Shown here: in pieces, positions 1 through 5,170 of the stretch
How positions within the stretch are numbered: the first letter of the stretch is position 1
Layout of the letters: every line of letters starts with the position of its first letter
Program-made: the position numbers and the translations under genes
The notes under the pieces: model-generated
Told to the model about the DNA's origin: nothing
The model's database searches: none
What the model saw: only the letters and a program-made list of their open reading frames with translations
Virus record (IMG/VR): IMGVR_UViG_3300045988_013551
Span: 1-5,797 of that record
Strand: one strand, 5' to 3'
Length of the DNA: 5,797 nt
Source of the DNA: a virus

Positions 1-99
1 CCAGCAAGGTGCAAAACTACCTAAGCAAAAAATATCCCAACAAATACGGCATAGGTAGATACAACAACTTTACGCACATAGACGTGCGAAAAAAAAAAG
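1..99. repeat. Terminal direct repeat, left copy; identical to 5699-5797, marking closure of a circular 5698-nt genome
   Basis: Base-by-base comparison: ccagcaaggtgcaaaactacc...gacgtgcg(a)10g occurs at 1-99 and again at 5699-5797. The window ends exactly at the end of the second copy. Confidence 0.95.
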
Positions 100-116
100 C
101 CAGATGGAGGGGCTAA
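1..116 (+). CDS. C-terminal part of the M15-family peptidase ORF that starts at 5422 and wraps through the circular junction; ends ...FTHIDVRKKKARWRG, stop TAA 114-116
   Basis: Codons starting at position 3 are in frame with the ATG at 5422 (5701-5422 = 279 = 93 codons). The fragment contains the H-x-D (HID) motif at 75-83. Confidence 0.85.
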   Translation, partial: SKVQNYLSKKYPNKYGIGRYNNFTHIDVRKKKARWRG

Positions 117-119
117 AAA

Positions 120-374
120 ATGAAACTGAAATTCTACTCATTCCACGATGCACTGACGAACGGCTACTCTCAGCCGTTTCTGCAAAACAACCGAGCACAG
201 GCAGTGCGAACGGCAAGATGGAAAGCCAACGAAAGCAAAAAGAATGAGATTGAAGACATCAGCCTGGTTGAGCTGGGCGAGTTTGACACCGAAACCGGCG
301 AAATGACCGGAGCGGCGCCTGAACACATCGCACGGCTCATTGACCTCAAGGAGACTGCCAATGTTAAATCCTGA
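120..374 (+). CDS. Small conserved Microviridae non-structural protein, VP5-like (84 aa)
   Basis: ATG 120 is preceded by GGAGG (106-110) with a 9-nt spacer. The pattern F-Y-S-x-x-D...PF...N...A-x-R...L-x-E-LG-E-FD-x-E-TG resembles the small protein I recall next to VP3/VP1 in gokushovirus genomes. Its stop (TGA 372-374) overlaps the next gene by 14 nt. Confidence 0.7.
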   Translation: MKLKFYSFHDALTNGYSQPFLQNNRAQAVRTARWKANESKKNEIEDISLVELGEFDTETGEMTGAAPEHIARLIDLKETANVKS

Positions 375-789
375 CGTACTGGTGCGGTACTACGGCATAC
401 CAACCGAGAGGGTGACAAACGATCCTGGCAGCAAAACCGCACCGACGTGGAAAGCAGTCAAACGACCGAACGGCACCACAGACTACATCCAGCAGCCGGA
501 CGAGAACACATATGAGAAAATCCAGAGAGCCGGCGAGGGATACGACCTCGCAAGTGCAATCGCGCGACTGGAAGCGGGAGATACCAGCATCAAAGCCAAA
601 AGCATGGTATACACCGAGGGAACAGACCTTGAAAATCTGCCCAAGGACATCATGACGATGCACGAAAAAGCAGAAGCAGCAGCCAAAACGCTGGAACAGC
701 TGAAACAAGTACAGCAGACCGAACAGCCGAAGCCAAAAGAGGAAAAAGAGGAAGAGAAAGAGGTGAAGGAAAGCGAACAGAAACAGTGA
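361..789 (+). CDS. Putative internal scaffolding protein, VP3-like (142 aa from ATG 361)
   Basis: ATG 361 is preceded by AAGGAG (348-353) with a 7-nt spacer; the ORF-track start at 340 is a TTG with no RBS. It lies immediately upstream of VP1, as VP3 does in gokushoviruses. The segment GDTS...TDLENLPKD...AEAAAKTLEQL loosely resembles the scaffold pattern. The tail is K/E-rich and low-complexity. The functional call is positional plus weak motif evidence. Confidence 0.55.
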   Translation: MLNPDVLVRYYGIPTERVTNDPGSKTAPTWKAVKRPNGTTDYIQQPDENTYEKIQRAGEGYDLASAIARLEAGDTSIKAKSMVYTEGTDLENLPKDIMTMHEKAEAAAKTLEQLKQVQQTEQPKPKEEKEEEKEVKESEQKQ

Positions 790-814
790 AAACCATTTCG
801 CGCAAGTGCCGCGA

Positions 815-2491
815 ATGCAGCGACCACGAAGCAAATTTGACCGAAGTCACCAGCTGTTGACGACCATCAACGAAGGAGACCTCGTGCCTATCTACTGCGA
901 CGAAGTGCTGCCGGGTGATACCGCAAGGGTGCGCCTTAACGGGCTTATCCGCATGAGTACACCTATCTACCCAGTAATGGATAACGCATACATGGATACC
1001 TATTTCTTCTTTGTTCCCTGCCGGTTGCTCTGGGAACACTGGGAGAATATGTTCGGCGAAAACGATACCAATTACTGGGCAGAAAAGACCGAATACAGCA
1101 CGCCGACTTGCGAAATCGGCGGCAAGAGCGGACTGAGTAACGGCAGTCTGGGAGACTATTTCGGACTGCCGACCGAAGTCAAAAACAAAATCAAGGTAAA
1201 CGCGCTCCCGGCACGCGCCTACGCCATGATTTACAACGAGTGGTTTCGAGATGAAAATCTTGAAGCACCGCTAATGGTGGGTTACAAAAAAACTGACGAA
1301 GGAGGAACAAATGAAGACCCCACAGGAACGGGGTTTAACACTCAATACATCAACAAACCGATATACACAACGCAAACAAGCGAAGCAAACATTTACGCCA
1401 TGAAACCGGCAAAGGCTGGTAAGTTCCACGACTACTTCACAAGCTGTCTGCCGTCACCGTTGAAATCTGACCCTGTGGAAATCGGCCTGACGGGCAATGC
1501 ACCCATCAGGATTGGCAGTCCAACCGGAGAATATCAAGATTTTCCGGGCCCTGTGGAAATGGTGTTAGGCGCTAAAGGAATCGGAAACTTACCCGGTAGC
1601 GTAATATACGAGAATGCAACCGGTGCGCCGGGCGAAAAGAAAACGATGCAATTTACCGGCGTGGAAAAAACCACCGGCGAAAGCGGCGCAGGAGGCTGGA
1701 TGTACGCAGATGTAAGCGAAGTGAGCGCAATCAGCATTGCAGACTTGCGCATGAGCATCGCACTGCAGCACATCTTTGAAGCAGATGCGCGCAACGGCAC
1801 GCGCTACCGTGAATTCCTGTCTGGTACGTGGGGCGTAACGTCACCGGACAGCCGTCTACAAATTCCCGAATACATCGGCGGGCAGCGTATCGCAATCAAT
1901 GTCAATCAAGTCGTTCAGACAAGCCAGACAGACACGAAGACCGGACAGGCACTGGGCAATACGGCGGCATACAGTCTGACCACGTGCAGCAAACAGATGG
2001 TGGACTATGCAGCGACCGAATACGGCTTTATCATCGGTCTTGCAGTGGTACGAGTGGAGCACAGTTACCAGCAGGGACTGGCAACCAAGTGGACGCGCGG
2101 CGGTCGGTTCACATACTACGACCCGCGACTCGCAGCACTGGGCGAACAGCCGGTGTATAACAGAGAAATCTACGCACAGGGCACGGCAGAGGACAACGAA
2201 ATCTTTGGGTATCAGGAGGCATGGGCGGACTACCGTTACAAACCTTCTTACGTAACCGGAGAAATGCGCTCCAACTATCAAACGAGTCTGGACGCATGGC
2301 ATTATGCGGACAATTATAACGCACTTCCGCGTCTCTCGGCAGAGTGGATTCAGGAAGGACAGCAAAACATTGACCGGACGATCGCAGTAACGAGTAACAT
2401 CAGCCATCAGTTCTTGTGTGACTTCTACTTCAACGAAGAGTGGTACCGCGAGATGCCTATTTACAGCATCCCGGGCATCGAAAGAATTTAA
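815..2491 (+). CDS. VP1: Major capsid protein VP1 (phiX174 F-like), 558 aa from ATG 815
   Basis: The N-terminus MQRPRSKFDRSHQLLTTINEGDLVPIYCDEVLPGDT is the characteristic Microviridae capsid N-terminal signature (R-S-x-F-D-x-S-H...G-x-L-V-P...E-V-L-P-G-D). The size is typical of gokushovirus VP1. GTG 806 is an alternative in-frame start. Neither start has an obvious SD. Confidence 0.95.
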   Translation: MQRPRSKFDRSHQLLTTINEGDLVPIYCDEVLPGDTARVRLNGLIRMSTPIYPVMDNAYMDTYFFFVPCRLLWEHWENMFGENDTNYWAEKTEYSTPTCEIGGKSGLSNGSLGDYFGLPTEVKNKIKVNALPARAYAMIYNEWFRDENLEAPLMVGYKKTDEGGTNEDPTGTGFNTQYINKPIYTTQTSEANIYAMKPAKAGKFHDYFTSCLPSPLKSDPVEIGLTGNAPIRIGSPTGEYQDFPGPVEMVLGAKGIGNLPGSVIYENATGAPGEKKTMQFTGVEKTTGESGAGGWMYADVSEVSAISIADLRMSIALQHIFEADARNGTRYREFLSGTWGVTSPDSRLQIPEYIGGQRIAINVNQVVQTSQTDTKTGQALGNTAAYSLTTCSKQMVDYAATEYGFIIGLAVVRVEHSYQQGLATKWTRGGRFTYYDPRLAALGEQPVYNREIYAQGTAEDNEIFGYQEAWADYRYKPSYVTGEMRSNYQTSLDAWHYADNYNALPRLSAEWIQEGQQNIDRTIAVTSNISHQFLCDFYFNEEWYREMPIYSIPGIERI

Positions 2492-2501
2492 GAAAGGAGG
2501 A

Positions 2502-2527
2502 AGCCCCGCAAAAGCGGGGCTATTTTT
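2502..2527 (+). terminator. Rho-independent terminator-like hairpin between VP1 and VP2
   Basis: AGCCCCGC (2502-2509), loop AAAA, GCGGGGCT (2514-2521), then ATTTTT (2522-2527). The stem is a perfect 8 bp. Confidence 0.7.
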
Positions 2528-2529
2528 GA

Positions 2530-3387
2530 ATGGAAACGTTATTGAGCTTTATGCCGTACCTCATGCAAGGACTAAGCCTGTTAACAGGCATCATAACGAA
2601 CAGTAACCAAAGCAGCGCCAAAAACAGCCAAGGAGCGGGCAGCGAAAGCAGCACGAGCAGCGAGAGCACAACCGGCAGCTTAACAGCACCACAACAGATA
2701 GGTTCAACGCAAATCGGCACGCCAACAGGTATAACCACATTTGGTAACCAGAGCAGCGTAAACACAGCAAACGCGCTGCAAATGATGAGCGGACTACTGA
2801 GCAACCTCGCAAACGCTGGAAGCCAAGCAAGCGCGAAGAAGTACAACAGCGCGGAAGCAGCAGCAGAAAGAGCGTTCCAAAAAGAGATGCGCGGGACAGC
2901 CTATCAGGACACTGTAAAGGACATGATAGCAGCGGGCATCAATCCTATCCTAGCAGCGACCAACGGCGCAACAAGCGCACCGTCAGGAGCATCTGCAAGC
3001 ATTGGAAACCAGCATTATAACCAACAGAGCGCACAAGCGGCGAGTGTATCCGCAATGTACGAATATGGCAACAACACAGCAGAGCTGGCAGACAAATACT
3101 TACAGCTAGCAAAACAGGCAACCAGCGCAAAACAAATCAAAGCCGCAAAAAGCTGGGAGCAGTCAGCAAGCGAGCTGGCAAGCTCAAGCGCAAAACAGGC
3201 GCAACAGTACAGCTATGCAGCTAGCAAATTGGGTTCAGGCCTCGCAGGAGCTGGTAAAGCAGCCAAAGACGCAGCAAAAAAGGCAGGCGAAGCAGCCAAA
3301 GACACGGCAGGGAAATACAAAAAGTACAATCAAAGAGTACCGATTATGCCGAACATGGACACGTTCAACGCATACAGAGGAGACTAA
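2530..3387 (+). CDS. VP2: DNA pilot / minor capsid protein VP2 (285 aa)
   Basis: Hydrophobic N-terminus, S/T/Q/A-rich low-complexity regions, and the central motif ERAFQKEMRGTAYQDTVKDMIAAGINPILA (2866-2955). That motif matches the conserved gokushovirus VP2 signature (F-Q-x-x-M-x-x-T-A-Y-Q-x-x-V-x-D-M-x-A-A-G-(I/L)-N-P). Confidence 0.9.
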   Translation: METLLSFMPYLMQGLSLLTGIITNSNQSSAKNSQGAGSESSTSSESTTGSLTAPQQIGSTQIGTPTGITTFGNQSSVNTANALQMMSGLLSNLANAGSQASAKKYNSAEAAAERAFQKEMRGTAYQDTVKDMIAAGINPILAATNGATSAPSGASASIGNQHYNQQSAQAASVSAMYEYGNNTAELADKYLQLAKQATSAKQIKAAKSWEQSASELASSSAKQAQQYSYAASKLGSGLAGAGKAAKDAAKKAGEAAKDTAGKYKKYNQRVPIMPNMDTFNAYRGD

Positions 3388-3393
3388 GAAAGG

Positions 3394-3424
3394 AAGGGGG
3401 ATGGCAAAACATCCCCCTTTTTTA
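3394..3424 (+). terminator. Rho-independent terminator after VP2
   Basis: AAGGGGGATG (3394-3403), loop GCAAAA, CATCCCCCTT (3410-3419), with a T-run at 3418-3423. The stem is a perfect 10 bp. Confidence 0.8.
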
Positions 3425-3462
3425 ACAACAATAATCCAAAAAATAGAAAATGTGGAAAACTT

Positions 3463-3631
3463 GAGTTTTCAACACTTTCAACAGGTTTTCAACAACAAGT
3501 TGCACAAAGAAATTCGTCATAATGACGAACATTCAACAATTCAACAAGTTTTCAACAAAGTTTTCAACAAGTAAAAAGACAATAAATAAACATAGAAGCG
3601 TTAAAAAAACGAGTTTTCAACACTTTCAACA
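3463..3631 (+). repeat. Iteron-like array of same-orientation short repeats in the VP2-VP4 non-coding region
   Basis: TTCAACA starts at 3468, 3477, 3488, 3532, 3540, 3551, 3563, 3616 and 3625, nine copies all in one orientation. The 21-nt direct repeat GAGTTTTCAACACTTTCAACA lies at 3463-3483 and 3611-3631. The extended form CAACAAGT lies at 3493, 3542, 3565 and 3650. Confidence 0.85.
3513..3529. repeat. 17-bp palindrome TTCGTCAT-A-ATGACGAA between the two main repeat clusters
   Basis: Arms 3513-3520 and 3522-3529 are exact reverse complements around a single central base. Confidence 0.8.
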
Positions 3632-3650
3632 CTACTACTACTACTACTAC
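3631..3650. repeat. Trinucleotide microsatellite, (TAC)6 at 3633-3650 with a partial unit at 3631-3632
   Basis: actactactactactactac read directly; it sits in non-coding sequence between the last TTCAACA copy and the last CAACAAGT copy. Confidence 0.9.
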
Positions 3651-3683
3651 AACAAGTTAATATAAAAAGAAAGAGAGGTGTCA

Positions 3684-3718
3684 ACCGGCACAAGATAGAC
3701 AAGGAAGCTTGTGCCGGT
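3684..3718 (+). other. Perfect 11-bp stem-loop 12 nt upstream of the VP4 start codon
   Basis: ACCGGCACAAG (3684-3694) and CTTGTGCCGGT (3708-3718) are exact reverse complements. The loop is 13 nt (ATAGACAAGGAAG). No T-run follows, so it is not a typical terminator. Confidence 0.8.
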
Positions 3719-3730
3719 AACAAATGTTAT

Positions 3731-4720
3731 ATGCCATGTACAAAACCATTAGTATTTCAGATGGACACAAAGAAGCCAAAATTATGGGGAAGTCTGGAGA
3801 ACCTATCAAAGCAAGGACTACAAACAGACATCATGGACGGAGTAAAAAAAGGAAAATACGCATTATTACCATGCGGTAAGTGCGAATATTGCCGCAAACA
3901 GATAGCTGACCAATGGGCAACCAGAATAGAATTAGAAGCAAAAGAGTGGGACGATATAATTTTTCTGACGCTGACTTATGACGATGATCATATCCCATAC
4001 GGCGAGATACTCAAAGGTTACAGAAACATTCAGAGCCAAACAGTAAGCAAACGAGACGTGCAGCTATTCCTGAAACGGCTGAGAAAAGCGTACAAGAAGC
4101 CAATAAAATATTTCCTAGCGGCTGAATATGGTGACAGAACAAAAAGGCCACACTACCACGCAATAATATTTGGACTGAAACCACCAGATGCACAATGGTA
4201 TAAAAACCAAAAGGGCAACAGCTATTTCAAAAGCGAGTGGTTGGAAAAAATCTGGGGCAAAGGCATGATAGACTTTTCACCAGCACAGCCGGGAAGCTAT
4301 GCATACGTGGCACAGTACGTCAACAAAAAAGCCATAGGCACAGAACAGGCAACAAAATACTGGATGGAAGGGCGAGAGCCTGAATTCCGAATCATGTCAA
4401 AAGGCATCGGAGAAAAGTATCTGAAAGAACACAAAGATGAAATCTTAAAAACAGATAGCATCATATGCGCAGGAGGACGCGAGAAAAGGCCACCACGCTA
4501 TTTTGATAAGATACTCGACAAAGATACCAGCCAAGACACAGAAAGCTATTTTAAGGCGCATTCTGAAGAGCTGAGAGAGGTTAGAGCCAGACGCAGACGC
4601 AGTGCAATACAAAGTCTGGTCAATCTCGAACAATCTACAAGCGTGGATTACGAAACCTACCTCAACATTCAAAAAGAAAAAGACAAGCTAAAACAAAAGT
4701 GGCGAGAGCCAAAAACATAA
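3731..4720 (+). CDS. VP4: Rolling-circle replication initiator VP4 (phiX174 A-like HUH endonuclease, two-tyrosine type), 329 aa
   Basis: Motif I FLTLTY (3962-3979). Motif II HYH in PHYHAIIFG (4151-4159). Motif III YVAQYVNKK (4304-4330) has two Tyr spaced Y-x-x-x-Y and is nearly identical to the phiX174 gpA YVAKYVNK active site. The N-terminal M-P-C-x-x-P and CGKCEYCR (3872-3895) are typical of gokushovirus VP4. Confidence 0.95.
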   Translation: MPCTKPLVFQMDTKKPKLWGSLENLSKQGLQTDIMDGVKKGKYALLPCGKCEYCRKQIADQWATRIELEAKEWDDIIFLTLTYDDDHIPYGEILKGYRNIQSQTVSKRDVQLFLKRLRKAYKKPIKYFLAAEYGDRTKRPHYHAIIFGLKPPDAQWYKNQKGNSYFKSEWLEKIWGKGMIDFSPAQPGSYAYVAQYVNKKAIGTEQATKYWMEGREPEFRIMSKGIGEKYLKEHKDEILKTDSIICAGGREKRPPRYFDKILDKDTSQDTESYFKAHSEELREVRARRRRSAIQSLVNLEQSTSVDYETYLNIQKEKDKLKQKWREPKT

Positions 4721-4783
4721 CGCGCACAGCGCTAAAAAGGAAGATTTTATTAAGCCGAGTTCCGCGTGCGCTACACACGGCAG

Positions 4784-4800
4784 GGCGCTGAAGCGCCTTT
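4784..4800 (+). terminator. Weak terminator-like hairpin downstream of VP4
   Basis: GGCGC (4784-4788), loop TGAA, GCGCC (4793-4797), then TTT. The stem is only 5 bp and the T-run is short. Confidence 0.3.
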
Positions 4801-4846
4801 CAAAACAAAGGAATGCAAAGCAAAAGTAATATATCAATTAAAAATA

Positions 4847-4874
4847 TCGACAAATTTTAAAAGTGTAGTATAAT
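4847..4874 (+). promoter_or_regulatory. Sigma70/SigA-type promoter for the 44-codon ORF
   Basis: TCGACA (4847-4852), 16-nt spacer, TATAAT (4869-4874). A second overlapping TATAAT lies at 4874-4879. The ATG at 4902 is 28 nt downstream of the first -10. Confidence 0.6.
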
Positions 4875-4901
4875 ATAATCAAAGAAGGGAAGGTACTCAA
4901 A

Positions 4902-5036
4902 ATGAGAAAGCCAAGACTTAGCAAAAGAACAATTCAAAAACTCTACGATGAAGGAAAAGCAACCAGCGGAAAATACGAGTATATCACAATACGTGAATGG
5001 GACAACGAAGTAAACGCATACGTTGATAACCTCTAA
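4902..5036 (+). CDS. Hypothetical small protein (44 aa, basic N-terminus): MRKPRLSKRTIQKLYDEGKATSGKYEYITIREWDNEVNAYVDNL
   Basis: ATG 4902 is preceded by GGGAAGG (4887-4893) with an 8-nt spacer. It has its own promoter upstream and a strong terminator downstream. It is too short for the ORF track and I recognise no family. Confidence 0.5.
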   Translation: MRKPRLSKRTIQKLYDEGKATSGKYEYITIREWDNEVNAYVDNL

Positions 5037-5106
5037 CGGTGGGACAAAGACGACAACTACGAACGCTGGACAATACCGGCAGAGGGTATTTGGGCATTTG
5101 AGAAAT

Positions 5107-5142
5107 AAAAAAATACCCGGTTGACAACCGGGTATTTTTTTT
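5107..5142 (+). terminator. Strong rho-independent terminator, symmetric with an A-tract upstream and a T-tract downstream
   Basis: ATACCCGG (5113-5120), loop TTGACAA (5121-5127), CCGGGTAT (5128-5135), with T8 at 5135-5142. The A-run at 5107-5112 can extend the stem. Confidence 0.85.
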
Positions 5143-5149
5143 ATATAAT
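5121..5149 (+). promoter_or_regulatory. Consensus promoter TTGACA-17-TATAAT embedded in the terminator hairpin
   Basis: TTGACA at 5121-5126 is the terminator loop. The 17-nt spacer at 5127-5143 is the 3' stem arm plus the T-tract. TATAAT lies at 5144-5149, followed by AAGGAGGTG (5156-5164) and ATG 5171. Confidence 0.7.
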
Positions 5150-5170
5150 ACAAAAAAGGAGGTGGAGCGA

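Noticed and set aside
340-360. TTG start at 340 for the VP3-like ORF and GTG start at 806 for VP1, as given in the ORF track
   Set aside because: ATG 361 has AAGGAG at ideal spacing, whereas TTG 340 has none. For VP1, ATG 815 gives the canonical distance to the R-S-K-F-D capsid signature. GTG 806 cannot be strictly excluded.
1828-2606. + strand overlapping-frame ORFs within VP1 and the VP1/VP2 junction (1828-2160, 2007-2255, 2418-2606), considered as phiX174-style overprinted genes such as a lysis protein E analogue
   Set aside because: They have no SD and no hydrophobic TM segment, which an E-like lysis protein would need. Their composition is Arg/Ser/Thr/Gly-rich, typical of off-frame reading. 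2418-2606 also crosses the terminator hairpin.
3257-3303. 14-nt direct repeat AAGCAGCCAAAGAC (3257-3270 and 3290-3303) inside VP2
   Set aside because: The copies are in frame and 33 nt apart. This reflects an 11-residue A/K/D-rich peptide repeat (AAKD...AAKD) in the low-complexity, coiled-coil-like VP2 tail, not a separate DNA element.
3511-3545. A dif/XerCD-like recombination site, considered because some gokushoviruses integrate at dif (TTCGTCATAATGACGAAC, and AAATGTTATATG at 3722-3733)
   Set aside because: Only about 6 of 11 positions match a XerC-arm consensus, and no TTATGTTAAAT-like XerD arm follows at the right spacing on either strand. There is no evidence for integration from this window.
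3215-3574. 119-aa + strand ORF overlapping the VP2 C-terminus and running through the terminator and repeat array
   Set aside because: Its upstream two-thirds is an alternative frame of the low-complexity VP2 tail. It crosses a strong terminator, and its 3' part is simply a translation of the TTCAACA repeats. Only the short version from ATG 3401 is kept, as a low-interest possibility.
3463-3631. The repeat array considered as a CRISPR array
   Set aside because: The repeat units are 7-21 nt with irregular 1-50 nt gaps, not 24-48 nt repeats with uniform spacers of about 30 nt. There are no cas genes, and the context is a 5.7-kb phage genome.
3422-3666. Candidate VP4 promoters: TTAACA 3422-3427 with TAGAAA 3444-3449, and TAATAT 3658-3663
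   Set aside because: The matches are partial. The first has a 4/6 match at -10, and the second has no acceptable -35 at 16-18 nt. I cannot support a specific VP4 promoter call from the sequence alone.
3724-3879. 51-codon + strand ORF from ATG 3724 in an alternative frame over the VP4 N-terminus
   Set aside because: It has no RBS, a highly basic off-frame composition and no recognisable motif. ATG 3731 gives the canonical M-P-C-x-x-P VP4 N-terminus.
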